A DNA stretch of 64,000 nt from Vitrella brassicaformis CCMP3155. Its lineage: Eukaryota; Protista; Chromerida. The translations under genes and the position numbers were made by a program. This document shows positions 11,608-25,513 of the stretch, one piece after another (positions within the stretch are counted from its first letter, which is position 1; each line of letters opens with the position of its first letter). The notes beneath the pieces are model-generated. The model saw only the letters and a program-made list of their open reading frames with translations, ran no database searches and was not told the origin of the DNA. The stretch is from NCBI GenBank assembly GCA_001179505.1, contig CDMY01000303.1, positions 62,001 through 126,000 on the forward strand. The letters are read 5' to 3'.

Positions 11608-13970
11608 ATGTCTGGGTCTTCAGCCCACCCCGAGTCGTCTGATGTGCCCTCTACTCAGAGGTCTGCCATCCTGGATCTGCCGGTGGATGAGAAGGGCTTT
11701 GTGTCCGAGGCCGACCGCGACGCGCAGTTCCGGCGGCTGCGGATGAAGCTGGAGAACCGGGGCTGCTTTGACTGCAACGCCCGCAACCCCACCTGGATGA
11801 GCCTCACCTATGGCGTCTACCTGTGCCTCACCTGCAGCGGAAACCACAGGAGAATGGGCGTGCACGTGTCATTCGTCAGGTACTGTACAAGGACACACAG
11901 ACAGACAGACGGGGCAGACAGACAGACCTGAGAGAGAGAGAGAGAGAGAGAGGCGAGACGGCGGGGGGTATGTGGCTGCAGGTCTTGTGAGCTGGACAAA
12001 TTCACGAGGGAGCAGCTGACCCGGATGGAGCTCGGTGAGCGCACCCACACAAGCAACACACAAGCCGAGAGGCCCGACACACTGTCATGTGTTTGTTTGT
12101 CAAGGCGGCAACGGCAAGGCCCGAAGCTACTTCAAACAGCACGGGTGAGCAGACAGCGACGGACGGGACGAGAAAAGCCGTCCTCTCTCCTCTCGCTTCC
12201 ATCTCTCTCTCATCCATCTCTGCCTGCCGCTGGAGAGAGATGCTCAGGTTGTTGGACGGGAAGCATGTCGACTACCACAGCAAAATGGCCCACAAGTACA
12301 AGCACCACCTCGACGTACGTACAATGGAAACAAACACGCCAGCCAGCCAGCCAGAGAAGAGAGAGAGAGATGATGAGATGGTGTGCATCGCATCGTTTGC
12401 TGCGATGCTGTGCCTGGCTGTCTTGCCTTTTCAGAAATTGGTAGCCGGTGCGTTGGGTCGCGACTTCAAGAGAGGCGACACGGGACTTAGTGAAGGTAGG
12501 TCCACATAACGAATCGATGGATGGATGGATGGATGCGTGTATTGGTTGATCCCCCAGAGAGTCCCATTGCGTCAGCGGGCAGCCCCGGTGGCCCGTCAGC
12601 CGCCGGTGGCGCCAAGCCGTCCCTCCCCCCGCCAGTCTCCCCTTTCGGCTCCACCACCACACCAGCCCCATCCCTCGCACCCGCACCAGCATCACCACAG
12701 CAGCAGCAGCAGCAGCCGAAGGAGCCACACCACCCCCCCATCCACCGGCCGGCCCAGCCGATCGCCATCAAGCCCGCGAGCGCCCCGTCGGGTCGCGGCC
12801 CTGTGCATGTCCACGGGCAGCACCATGGAGTGCACGTCGGGGGTCAGCTCAAGGCCCAGCGGCTGGATGTGGGCTTTGATTTCGACTCGCTGGAGAAGGA
12901 GCTGCAGCAAAACGAGGCGCAGGCCACCAAGGCCGGCGACAAGGCCGGCGGGCAGTCGCTCTCCGCTGCTGTCGGTGAGTGAGTTAGGGGGAGGGGGCAG
13001 TGATTCAGGAGGCTCTTCGTCTTGTGGGGTGACCTGCGGTGGTCCGTATGTGTCTGTGTGAATGTCAGCTGAGGCGTTAAAGGCCGACGGGACGTCCCCT
13101 GTATCCATCAAAGGCGCAGAGTCGCCCGCCAAACCTGACGCCACCAAGGCCTCAATCAGCAGCACGTACGGACGTCACCCAGACAGACGGACAAAGGCAA
13201 AGGCAAAGGCATACCCGTGTCGTCGTGTGTCATGAATGTCCCCCGTGCTGCAGGAATCGCCTGTCAGCGGCGACGTCCGCGGGCGGCAATGCGGGTGGTG
13301 GGCGGTGGGAGAAGGCCAAGTCCATTTCTTCGGCGGACTTCTTCGCAGACCCGTAAGTGCACAATACCTACAGCTGTCTCTCTCTCGGCTGAATCAATCT
13401 GACAGCTGGGTGTTGTTGCTGCTGCGGGTCCCCTTCAGATCTCGCCAGAGCGCCGCTGAGCGGATGGACATTCAGAACAGGATAAGTGCAATGTCGTCGC
13501 ATCAGGCCATCTCGTCAAATGCCTTCTTTGGAAATCCCTCAGCTGACCCCTCGGTGCGCCCGACCACACGTGCACATATTCCAGACAATGGATTGCGGAT
13601 GGACGTTCTGTGTGTCTGTATATATCTCTGTCTGTCTCTGTCTGTGCTGCAGGGCGTTGCCGGCGACGGACGGGCATCGTGTAAATGCACATGGCCCTTG
13701 TGGCAATGAATGGGTGCAGTACGGCGTTTCCTGATTGATGTGTGTGCGCTTCAGTTGACGACCTGACGGAGCAGGCGCGTCAGGGTATCTCCAATATGGC
13801 AACCAACGCCAAACAGGTGCGTCTGTGCGTTTGTGTGGGTGGGGTGATCCAGGCCCTGGACGAACCCGTCGAGTGAGTCGATGGCTGGTGTCCCTGTGTG
13901 TGGTGTGGTGTGGTGTGTGCAGGGTGTGAGGGCAGCCAAGGACTGGCTGCAGCTGCAACTCAACCGCTGA
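11608..13970 (+). CDS. ARFGAP2: ADP-ribosylation factor GTPase-activating protein, ArfGAP2/3 (Glo3) type
   Basis: Zinc finger [43 protein letters not shown], then [30 protein letters not shown]-terminal Glo3-like motif AISSNAFFG. Stop after DWLQLQLNR. Confidence 0.93.
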
Positions 13971-14577
13971 TCTGATCTGACCTGATCTGGGATGTAGGGA
14001 TGGATGGATGGATAATTGAGGGGATAATTGAAGGGATAATTGCGTGGTCGTGTGCCGCTTAATGACATGGGACTCATTATCTGTCAATGAGAGACAGGAG
14101 AGGGAAAGACAAATGAATAAATAAAGGGCCGAGGCATTGCAATGCATTCCATGGCATGTGTGTGTGCGGCGTACTGTAGACACACGTGTGTGATGCATGT
14201 TGTGTTGTGTGTGGGTCTGGTCTTCTTCATCGTTTTCAATCATCAATCAATGCGTGTGTCGTGTGTGTGTCCGTGCCGTGCCATTCGTGTGATGGGACGA
14301 CTGATCGACTGATACACATACATTACATGCACAGCGGCTAAGAGAGGTGCATCGCTGTCTGCGTGCTGGACAGAAAAGACAAAACACTGGCCGTGACGAC
14401 GGCTACGTGTGGAAAAACCTGTCTATCAGTCAGTGAACGGACGCGTACCCCCACACCCAATCGCATGCCTTGACCGCTCTCACGAAAATCCCCCTCGCGC
14501 CTGCGCGTACTGAACGGCGCACCACTAACGCATCCACGCTTCCATCTAAGCATCTCTGTGTCTGTCCGATCAGTCAA

Positions 14578-17311
14578 TCAGTAGATATACTGCGGCACAT
14601 TGAAGTGGACCAGCCCCAGGGCGACCGTGACCCGCTCTCCGGCACTCTCCTCATTGTTCTCATCCTGGTCGTCGTCATCGGTCATCTGGGGCTCCATCTC
14701 GTGGTCACTCAACCGCCGCTTGACGAACAGCAGATCGCCAGTGAAGGTGCCGTGACCCCCGGCCATGAACCCGGAACAACTCTGAGCAGCAACAGCAGAG
14801 GGAGAGGGCAAGGGTGTGGTGCAGGTTGAATGAACCACTGGGATGGGTGGGTGGCGTGTGTACTTTTTTACCTGGTAGACGAAGTACCCCGACTGGAGCG
14901 GGGGGTCGCCGCCCTCGACGGAGAGGGGCAGGTCGATGAAGCCCTCGTCACACAACACCTGCAGGCACATACCCATCCATCCATCCATCCATGGGTCTTT
15001 GCATCCCTCCCGCTGGCCCTGGCAGCTCACTCACTCACTCACTGACCGGGTGCTTGCCGATGACGCCCCTTCCCCTGCACACATTCGTCCACGCATCGCA
15101 TTGCGTGGTGGACGAGACGACCCCAGTCAGTCAGGCGTGCGTAAGTGCGTCAGAGTGTGGGTGTAGCGGCGTGCGTACCTGACTTCTCGGACCTGCCCGT
15201 TGCCGTCGGTGAGCACCCAGTGGCGACTGAGTGACAGACCACCGACAGCCCAGCCCCTCATGCATGACTTCATTCATCCACAGATTGATTGCGACATGCC
15301 ATGCCACCATCCATACCTCTGGAGCTGCACCTCCGTGAAGCCTCTCTGCTGTGCAGGGACGTGCTGTGGGTGTCCGGGAGGCAGCACCCGCAGCCGGATG
15401 GAGTACGCCCAGTACTGCACGTGCTCGGCCATGTACACCGCACTCGCCAACGCCTCTATGCCGCTGCAGCCATCGATAGATCCATTGCAGTCAGCGCACA
15501 CATCCCATCCACACGTCCAGCCATCCCATCCTGCCATCTCTCTTACTTGGTGACGGCCACGGCGAGGTCTGGCCCCTGTTGTGGGAAGATGTTGATCCCG
15601 CGGGAAGTCTCCTCGCCCGGCACTAACTGGCCGGCACTGGTTGACAGATTCAAACACACACAACAACACACAAAACACACCACACCACAACACCGTTGCA
15701 GCGACAGAGAGTACAACCTATCCATTGATGTATCGCTGAGGCCTCCGTACACGTATGTGCCGTCCCGCAGGCGGTTGACGAACTCCTCCAGCCTGTTCGA
15801 CCCACGAGACGAGACATACATAGTGTCATGCATGAGGCGTGTGTGGTCGACACGTGTGTGTGTGGATACATACCATCTGATGAACCCATGGGGTCCTGGC
15901 GGCACTGCGGGGGTCAGCCGGGTCGCCATGCCGGGCTTCCGATCCATCACGTACACCTGGACACGAACGGGATCCATGTGCTCGTGTGTGCAGGGGGCGT
16001 CGTGTAATATAAGTGTGCACCAGTCCGTTGACGGTGTTGAGCACGAACGCCTTGGGAAAGTGACCAAAGGGACACTGGGCAATAAACAAACTCTGCCAGC
16101 ACCACACACACACAGAGAGAGAGAGACGGGATGCTTGACGGGAGAGTCTTGCCCTCTGTGTGTTGTGTACATTTGCGAATATGGTTTGGTGCCTCTCCCG
16201 GAGGCCGGCCGTGAGGGTGAGGGCATCGTCCAGCGACATCAGCTTGACGCACGCCAGGTGGTTGTACGCCGAGTAGCCGCCAAACAGACCCACGAAGGGC
16301 CACGCCGACTGAGCAATCTCCTCCGGCTTCGTGCGGGGCTGGCCATCGTGAAATGACAACGCCTGACGCCACACCACACCCATGGACAAACAGGCGCACA
16401 GGCAGACATAGAAACATACAGCGGTTGGCCACACTCCCCTCCCTCCTGAGTGAGTGGCCCACCATCTTGTAGTCGGTTGGCAGGTCACCGTTGGCCGCCG
16501 GCGCCTGTCCGGGAGCCACGGGCATCCCACGATAGCGATCAACTCCTGCACTCATATCCACCTTCACACCATACATCGCATACCATAGCATAAAACGCGG
16601 ACACGATAGATATCGAAATGGGCCTGTTGTGTGTACTGTACTCGTGCGGTGCGCCTGTCCTTACCGAGCTGATGGGTCCGTTGAGTGAGTTGCGGATGTG
16701 GTGCAGCTCGTGTTGCTGTAGCCATGCCTTGAGTGACCGCCATGCGCGGCTCACTCTGTTGTAGAGGGCGGCATCCACCGCATAGCCCAGCCGCGACGCC
16801 ACCAGCTGCCACAGGACGAAGGCGATCAGCCAGGAACGGCACGCACCGTTGTTGGAACCAGGGGCCTGCCGTGCAGGTGCAGAAAGAATAACCAACCACC
16901 ATGCAGGGAGAGGGAGAGAGGGAGGCGTGTGAGTGGGAGTGGGAGTGTGTGCGTGTGCGTGGTGCGTACCTGTTGACCGTCTTGTCTGCATGGCGGTGTG
17001 CACTGCTGCAGTCCGAACAGCTGGCCGCACTGCAGCCTGAAGAAACCCTCACCGTGCCTGAACGACGAGAGAGGTGAGAGACGAACACATAAGGCGTTCT
17101 TGGCGCCCCGTTCTCCTCTCTGTCCGTTTGTTTTACATGAGAGTGCTCCATTCCTTTGCGGCTGCCGAGAAGGCCAATAGATCTGCCGGTGCGAGCAGCC
17201 TGCAGACACACAGCCAAGTGGATGACATTGACTTCAGCATCCACTCACTCACCGCAGCAGATGTGTCCAGGCAGGGCCACACGCAGGCAGATCTGACAAA
17301 CGACGAGGCAT
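14578..17311 (-). CDS. F-box protein with an uncharacterised C-terminal region (multi-exon)
   Basis: Manual splicing of the first exons gives MPRRLSDLPACGPAWTHLLR|LLAPADLLAFSAAAKEWSTLM|HGEGFFRLQ..., which matches the F-box pattern LsdLP....IL..L.p.DLl..s...K.W..l. Later in-phase exons include LNGPISS|VDMSAGVDRYRG, EALASAVYMAEHVQYWAYSIRLR and VLCDEGFIDLPLSVEGG. Ends HFNVPQYIY*. Confidence 0.7.
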
Positions 17312-17746
17312 GCCGCTCACCCCGCTTCCCTCTCGCTTTGGAAGCTCGCGCGATCGCCGCTTTTCCGCTTTGCAGTGCAAGAGCAGGATAGCCCCTGGAG
17401 CCGTCGCATCCAAGCAGAGTGTGGTTGTCGAGATCACCAGTCGCTTTGGCAGATCATTCACGAGCCGCAAGACACTAGAGGTGAGCATCGCTGGAATGTG
17501 AGGATCCGATGCGATGCGTGCCACTGTGGATGTGCTGTGTGCAGGAGAGTCATAAGTGACCTGGCCATCGACGCGTCATTTCATTAATTCGCAAAAAGAG
17601 TGAGTGAGTGAGTGAGTGAGCGCAAACATCCGTGTTGCATCCGGACTTGGTGCCCTGCTGTGCCAGAGCATCTGTGGGTGCCAAGCGCCGCCGAGTACAC
17701 AAGAAGGTGCACAAACATGGCGGGCGTGCTGGCTGTTTGTTGTTGA

Positions 17747-19855
17747 TTGCGCAAGCACGTGGCCATGATCGTCGGCCTTATCCCATCGGCTGTCTTAGTC
17801 GGCCTTTTCTCATCGATTGCACCTTCATCACGCCCTCCGCGTGTCCTGCAGCTCGCCAATGGGACGGATCCATCCGCTCCCAGCTTATCACTGGGAGCGC
17901 CTTTCATCTTTTTTCGGATGCCTTTTATCGGCTGCGTCGCGTCCTGTGTGTTTGGATCCGACAGCCCCTTCGTCGTTTTTTATCTGTGGGGACACTGGGA
18001 CGGTCTACAGGACCACCGCACGCGTACGGCGGGCTATCGCCAGCACTTGTACTACTGGGACGCTGTGCTGGCGATGAGGCGGGTCTTGGTGCTGCCTATC
18101 GCACGGCAAGCGACAGGGCAGCCTGGACAAACTGCAGTTTGCTGTGTGGCCGTTCGACCACGGCCACATGGAGGGCTAGTGGTGTAGCTCATGTCGCTGT
18201 TTGTCATGCACTTTGTGGTCATGTTGCAAGATGGCGGCTCATTCGCCTTGACTATTGGACTTGTTTTGGTGGTGATTGCTGCCAATCTGGCGCACTACAT
18301 CGCATTGGTGACGCGGATATGGCGATTTGGTCTGTTGCAAGTGGCCTATCGATACACGGCCCTCACCGATCGGAAGACGGCCATCGGTGAGCAATAAATG
18401 ACATACACTCTCTCTCCTTTGTGGATCGTATCATCTTTGTGTTATTCTTCAGCTCGTTTGATGTCCGGCTGTCTTGCGGGTCCGCTTGTGTCGTGGCTCA
18501 TCCACACAGAAGAGAACAGAAGGCAACGGTCCCCCAAGGTCTTCTATGACTGGTCCACCGCGGCCCTCTCTGTGGACGGACCCCCTACTGCTGCCTCTGC
18601 TGCATCGGGAAAGTGCGACCCCTCTTTTGGCCGCCCGATGCATCGTGTGGTAGCGGCCATGCAGCTCACGTCAGCCGCCATTCAGGACGCTGTCGAGACC
18701 CTCAAAGTCACACACGTCCCCAGCGACTTGTAAGCTAACGACTCCCTAGTACAGCTCGCCTGTGCGTCTCTTTTGTGTTCCATTGGTCAGCCACGAGTTT
18801 CTATGGAGCCACGCCGGCAGAAGCGAGTGGAGATGGACAGCCGACGACAAGGCCAGGTGGTCGTCCACCTGCCGAAACCCGACGACGGCACAGTCACGGT
18901 AAGGCATTGCTGTGGCGGTTGTGATGGGTAGACACGTACTATGTGTGTGTTGGCAGGGCTTGCGGGACATGCGGACGAGCGACCTCTCCCGCGCATTCGC
19001 AAACCAACGCTCCCTAAGACATGCCGGTCATCTTGCTGCTTGACATTGCTACATACCACAAACATTGATTTGTCGTGTGCTGTCGTGTGATAGTGCTGCC
19101 TGCAGTGTCGAGTCGACTGAAGGACAGCAAGGCGTCCGGCGACGGAAGTGCTGCTGAGTGGGCCTCACAGAGTGATGTACAGCCGACAGACAGGTACATG
19201 GCCATTGTGTGGAGCGGCCAATCTGACCCATCGATGCTCTCTTTCTGTCAGTAGTCAGCATTCTGTGGTGTCGCCGGGCATCACTTTGTACGACCTCCAC
19301 GCCAACCTCGCCTATGTGGTGGACGAGCTCGTCACGAGAGAACAGCTGCGCCAGGCGGCACTGCAAAAGGCTGACGGCAGTGACCTGGAGAGGGGTGACG
19401 GTAAGGAGCCACCTGACGAGCACCATCATGGCAGTGGCGGCTGGCGCGGGCTCTACGAGGCGTTCCGGAAGGCCAAGCAATCACTCATCGACGCCGGCAG
19501 CCAACCGGTCCGAGCATGTGCGTGATCCTTTCCAACTTGCACGTGTGTGAATGTTTGGTGATTGCAGGAGGCCGTCCCGGAGGTTCTCGCGACCCTGGCG
19601 GCAACGGCGGTCGACACACCACATGGCGATGATGCACTGTGGTCACTGTCGCCCGTCAGCTCATCCTCGTCGCGTCCGCAGAGCGACCCCCCCGCTGCTG
19701 TGCGTGCGCCACTCTGCCATCTCACGCGGGTCGATTGGCATCGGCTCACCACTGACATTGACAATACCGTGGCTGCAATGTCTGTGTCCACCGAGGCCCT
19801 TTACGATGCGTGTAGCGCCCTTTCTGCGCGGGATGCGGCCAACACAGACGATTGA
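17747..19855 (+). CDS. Hypothetical multipass membrane protein (GY...YYWDAVLAMRR motif); 5' end uncertain
   Basis: Hydrophobic segments (IVGLIPSAVLVGLFSS, PFIGCVASCVFG, FALTIGLVLVVIAANLAHYIALV) and a Y-x-YYW-x-x-V-x-x-x-RR motif seen in protist TRP-like multipass domains. An in-phase intron ATCG|gtgag...ttcag|CTCGT links the pieces. Ends DAANTDD*. Confidence 0.55.
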
Positions 19856-20836
19856 TGACGGACGTCACGCTTTTTGCGTGCTCTGAGGCCGCTCGTGCTG
19901 TTCACGGCTTTTGTGCATGTTTCTGCATACGTGTCGATGTCGGTAGGTGTCCAATTTTCCGCATTTCCAGCTGGAAGTGTCGTAGTCGGCGTTTTTCTGC
20001 GGAAGCGCTCGATTGACATGACGGATCCGGATCGATCAGTGAAGTGCCGTCCAGCGTTGAGGAAAAAAAAACAAAACAGATAGATATGGACTGGACGAGG
20101 AGAGCAGCTCAGAAGAGAGCCAAACAACGGTTGCAACAGAGGTCCACACACCGCACAACAGACAGCTGGCTGTACGTTACGTATACACACACCGCCGTTG
20201 AGCACCCCACCCCTTGCAATGCACGCACCTCATTCATCCACAGCCACCGATTGATTCGTCCGTCCATTGGTCCATCCATTGGTCCACCCACCCCCCCACG
20301 TGTCCGTCCGCCCGCATCTTCCTCCTTTCACGATGGATATTGACACACACGCACACCCAACCGACCGACCGACATGGCCAGCTTCCCCCATTGTCCCTCC
20401 CTCGCCCGTCAGCATATAGATGCACGAACTCTCATTGACCAAAACCACCCCCCTCACCCACTGACCGGGTACACGTGCAGGCTAGGCTTGTGTGTGTCCA
20501 GCAGGTGCAGTCGCCTGTTGGTTGGCCTGCACATAGTCAGACAGACACATAGACAGACAGACAGACAGACAGGCAGAGAGATGCACGAAGGAAGGGCAAA
20601 ATTCACACACGGCGAGGGAGGGAAGCGATGTTAAAAGCCATACACACAGACAGACAGACGGACAGACAGACAGACAGCTGGACGGACAGACGGGGCCAGA
20701 AGAAAAATGTTGCGGAAACCCTCATTTACTTATTCAGCAAAGCACGCCCCCCCACCGTCCGTCCACGTGTTTCACATCGCTCAAGTGCGCTGCAACACCT
20801 CTCCCCGCCCCGTTGGTGCGTCCAATCCCCCCCCCC

Positions 20837-21136
20837 NNNNNNNNNNNNNNNNNNNNNNNNNNNNNNNNNNNNNNNNNNNNNNNNNNNNNNNNNNNNNNNN
20901 NNNNNNNNNNNNNNNNNNNNNNNNNNNNNNNNNNNNNNNNNNNNNNNNNNNNNNNNNNNNNNNNNNNNNNNNNNNNNNNNNNNNNNNNNNNNNNNNNNNN
21001 NNNNNNNNNNNNNNNNNNNNNNNNNNNNNNNNNNNNNNNNNNNNNNNNNNNNNNNNNNNNNNNNNNNNNNNNNNNNNNNNNNNNNNNNNNNNNNNNNNNN
21101 NNNNNNNNNNNNNNNNNNNNNNNNNNNNNNNNNNNN
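20837..21136. other. Assembly gap (300 N) flanked by poly-C on both sides
   Basis: Run of N; C homopolymers abut both ends. Confidence 0.99.
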
Positions 21137-21262
21137 CCCCCCCCCCCCCCCCCCTCTGCCCCCATCTCTCTTTGCATGTCAGCCGAGCCAATCAGCGATC
21201 GAGCCCAAAAACGGGCCCACCCGCAGACAGACAGACCATCCTCCCCTTCCTTTCTGTTTGCA

Positions 21263-23349
21263 TCAGTCGAGGTCCTCGTTGTCTTTGGACTGCTCCAGGT
21301 GCCCCTTGACGGCCGCGCCCACGTTGACGACGTCGATAAGGAATGTGTCGTGGCCGTAGAGGGCGTCCAGCTCGTAGTAGACGACGTACTGGTTGCCCAC
21401 CTCACGCAAGATGTCGGCGATCTGCTTCTGCTGCCAGCTGGGGAACAGAATGTCCGACTGCACACCCATGATCAATGACGGCATCTGCACCGCACCCGAC
21501 GACCACATACACACAGACAGACAGGTAGAGGGCTGGACAGATGCGTGTGTGGGATGGTTGTGTTGTTGCTCCATGTCATGTGCACCCACCTGTATCGGTG
21601 TCATGCCCTTGGCAAGGTCGGGCTGGCCGTCGACGCCCCTGTCCTCCATTGTGAACAGGTCCATCGCCTGCAGCACCACAGCACAGCCCTCCACTGGTGC
21701 CGTCGGCCAGCTGGACGGAATGGACTGCGTTGTCAATTTCTCTCTCACCTTAGAGATGATGATCATCGAATTGGGGTCGTACTGAAGGCACCATTTCTTT
21801 CCCTAAACACACACGCACACACAGTGAGTTCAGCCATGCTCCCGCCCATCCATCCATCCGTCCGTGCGTGCCTGCGTGGGCCAGGTAGGTAGAAAAGTCA
21901 CCTGGTGCTCGAGGTACGACTCAATGACAAAATCGGCGTTGAGCGAGGGCCTCTGCTCGTTCCTCTCCCTCCCAAACCGCTGCTCCCACTCGGGGCCGCT
22001 CCTGTAGGTGATGGTGCCGATCTCCCTCGCCAGCTTCATGCCCTGCCAGGGAAACTCACCCGAGTAGTAGTCACCCTCACCGAAATTGGGATCCGCCATC
22101 TGCAGGCACGTTGACGCATGACGGACGAATGTGCAGAAAGAGGTGGCAGGGACGATGCTGCGTGCTGGTGTGTTGGTGTTGGTGTTGATGTGGGTGGTTG
22201 TCTGACCAGGACTTGTCGCTGTGCGTATCTGAGTGCGATGCTCATGGGGTGGCTGACGGCGGCCGCGCTGATGGAGACGAGCCGGCCGACCCTTTCCGGG
22301 TACATGGCTGCCGCTGCGATGCTCTGCATCCCACCGAGACTCGATCCTACCACCGCGTGAAGCTTCCCAATGCCCAAATCATCTGTGCAGGCACACACAC
22401 AGAGAGAGAGAGAGAGAGTTGGGTATGGCACCTGTGCGGTTGTCGGCCGTACCGAGGAGATGGAAGATGGCCCGGACCATGTCTTTGACGGATAGGAGGG
22501 GAAATCTGAGTGCGTATCTGATGCCGTTGCGTGGGTCGATGGCAGATGGACCCGTCGACCCATAGCAGCCACCCAGGTTGTTGGTGCACACCACGAAGAA
22601 CCGATCCGTGTCGAGCGCACGACCGGGACCGATGAACTTTTCCCACCAACCTGCACAGACCACACCACACGCACCCACACCCACACAGGAAAGGTGCCCG
22701 ACTGGCAGTACTGTATGGGTGGGTGGGTGTGTCTGTGGTGGTAGTGCTCACCAGGTCGTGTGTTTTTGGGTTGGCTCTTGGCGTGTGACGATGCGCTCAG
22801 GCCGCAGGTGAGGAGGATGACGTTGTCCTTAGCCGCGTTGAGGGTGCCCCAGGTCTCATACGCCAGGTGGAACTCAGGCAGCATCCCGCCGTACTCCAGT
22901 GGAAAGGGGTGTGGGTGGTGGTACAGCTCGTAGCCCGTCACCACCGACGAATAGCTGGGCTCCGGGCCGTCGCTCTTGGCCGCTGACGCAGGCTGCCGCG
23001 ATGGGGAAGCGGACGATGTGGCACTTGAAGGGGCAGAGGATAGCGGGGGAGAGGGAGAGGGAGATGGGGGCTGCTGGGACGCCACTGACGCCGGAACGGT
23101 GCCGTTGATCATGGATATCACGTACTCGGAGTCGACGTGATGGCCATTGGCCGACGAACTATTCTGAATGGCCGCAGCGCTCGCCGCATTGCTAGTGCTG
23201 CTGTACGGCCGTCTTGACGATGATGAACCACTGCGTATCTGCCGGCAGTGCGGAGGAGGGCTGGCAAAGGGCAACGGGCGCGTGGCGGATGGCGTCGACA
23301 CTCCAAGGGCAGGAGCCACGAGCCTCAGTGACGAGGAGATCCGCCGCAT
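21263..23349 (-). CDS. cys2: MetX/Met2-family acyltransferase of the Cys2/CysA serine O-succinyl/acetyl-transferase subtype, with a mitochondrial-like presequence
   Basis: [66 protein letters not shown], nucleophile elbow [53 protein letters not shown]-terminus [10 protein letters not shown]... is R/S-rich. Confidence 0.9.
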
Positions 23350-23655
23350 TGCGTCTCTGCTCACTGTAGCAGCGAGAGGATCCATCATGTACTCGTCCAC
23401 ACCTGCGGGAGGAGCGTCTGGTGCTGCTATTCGTACCGATATGGAGGACTTCCTTCTTGTCAGAAAGGAGCTGCAACCGGGCAGCAGCGGTTTCAGGAAG
23501 CTGCAGCGGTTTCATGGAGCACCCTAGGCGGCACCCCCGGCGTCCTGAGTTTGCCTCTGATTCCCCGCTTGGTTTCTGAGTGGCTGCAGTGCTGATGTGT
23601 AAGATCTATTGAAGAAGAGCAAATATCTGCCTTCTTGTTGGACGAGTTGACCGCG

Positions 23656-25030
23656 ATGGACAACGTCACTGAGGTGAGAAGGGGAGGGGAGAAGCCACGT
23701 ACCGACACGAGCGTACACAGCTGGAACTCCGCTGTCTTTGTGTGTGGTGCAGGCCGCAGACCAATCTGCACACTCAGATGCCTCCAAGACGGCATCTGTC
23801 AGTGCCGCCAGCACCCCGAGCACCGCAACAACCGATCCATCGCCCAGGCGCCTCATTGGCGAGCTGCTGGACATCGGCGACGAGGTGCTCCAGGAGAGGG
23901 GCGAGGCGAACGGGGTGATGGTGCTGGCTGTGGCCTATCCCCTCGTGCTGCATCGGCTGTGGGCCGAGATTGCCAAGACGACGGCACCTGAGGAGCTCAT
24001 CCACGGTAATGGGTACGGCACACAAACATTGATTGCACGTGTAGATGGAATGGTTGAGGATGGCGATGGACATCGATCTCTCCGTCTGCCTGCTTGTCTT
24101 TTCTGTCTGTCTGTGTGTGGGCTGCGGTGCGGCAGCACTGCACAGAAACTTTTTTGGCTTTGTGGTTTGGGAGATGAGCGACGAGGAGCCGTCCAACAGT
24201 CACCGACACTGCCTTTACCTTCATGTTTTCCCTGGTGAATACGTACTGGATGAAGGGATCAAAGTAACAGAGTGTGGGTGGGTGTGGTGTGTATGTCTAT
24301 GTGGTCAGACTGCCCGTCCGGTGGCTCCCTAGAGTTCCCGCACTGCCACAAGAGGAACTGGGTGGGTGGGTGGGCAGGAGAGATCCATGTCATCCCATCT
24401 GACCCATATATCCTGCCTTGCTGGCTGGTGTTTCCATGCAGGCGTCGTTGAACCTTACCGGCACCTACAAGCACATCGTCTACACCCTCAGAGACCCAAT
24501 CACCGGTAGGCTCACACACACACACCCACACACACACACACAGAGCAACAAGGTGGCGTGGCGTGGATCAGTGCATCTATTGAAGCGTGTGTGGCACAGG
24601 AGCCCCCATGACGCCAGACGTGTCCATTGCTCCAGAGTGTCCGACCCAGCACCTGACGCTCTTTGAGCACAAGGTTGAGGGCGGCATCGACAAGAGGGGC
24701 CCCGTGCGTCTGGACGCCGTGCAGGAGTTCATCTACCAGCCGGGCACTCTGCAGTACATCAGGAAGGACGTGCCGCATCGCTTAGACGAATACGGTGGGC
24801 GGGCGGGCGGGTGTGTGTGGAGGTCGGGGGGAGGGGTTCGTGTGGTGTGGTCTGTGGTGTGATGTCGTGGTTGTGGTTTGCAGCGGGCACCCTGAGCCTA
24901 AATGTCCGCGAAAATGGCGGCAACATCATCAACACCCTGTTCACCGTGCTGCACGGCAAACCCATACCCAAGGTCTGTCTGTCTGAGAGCAACCAACTCC
25001 CAACAACTCTGACCACACCTCTCTCTCTCC

Positions 25031-25065
<35 letters not shown>

Positions 25066-25513
25066 TGTGCTTGTCTTGGTCCATGTGGCTGAAGGGTGCC
25101 AAGGCTAATGAGCCCCTTGCTGGCGTCTCGGAGGTGATTGACGTGTTGCGGCGTGTCGAGGAGCAGCTCGCCAGCACTCAGGAGGGCCGCATCAGGGCCT
25201 TCACCGCCATGGGTGGCGACCCGTTGCGAGTGGGTGACACTGTGCCCATACAGGCGGCCTTCCTATACGCCACACACGTCGTCAGCCGCTTCCACGACAG
25301 GTCGGTCAGCAGACCGACCAACACACACACAAGTGCTTCCCATTCCGACGGCCATATGTTTGTCTGTCTGTGTGCAGGTACCCATTGGCTGTGCCGCTGT
25401 GTCCGTCGAGCGATGCGGTGCAGGTGGGTGTGGTGGATGAGGCGGCCCTTAGGATGCTGGTCGACGGCCGACAGCGAGTGGTGCCAGCCGCCAGGGTGCC
25501 ACAGCAGGTCTGA
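23656..25513 (+). CDS. Hypothetical protein (multi-exon)
   Basis: In-phase GT-AG exons: MDNVTE|AADQSAHSDAS...LWAEIAKTTAPEELIH, ASLNLTGTYKHIVYTLRDPIT, HLTLFEHKVEGGIDKRGPVRLDAVQEFIYQPG, GAKANEPLAGVSEVIDVLRR...FHDR|YPLAVPLCP...VPQQV*. No family recognised. Confidence 0.65.

Noticed and set aside
17747-18733. Three consecutive same-frame ORFs separated by single stops (TAG 18185, TAA 18395), suggesting readthrough or a pseudogene
   Set aside because: The TAA lies inside an in-phase GT-AG intron (ATCG|gtgag...ttcag) and the TAG can be the acceptor of a short in-frame intron, so ordinary splicing explains both.
20628-21478. Long ORFs spanning N runs (also at 39048-40035, 51598-52518 and 63105-63693)
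   Set aside because: Artefacts of translating through assembly gaps.
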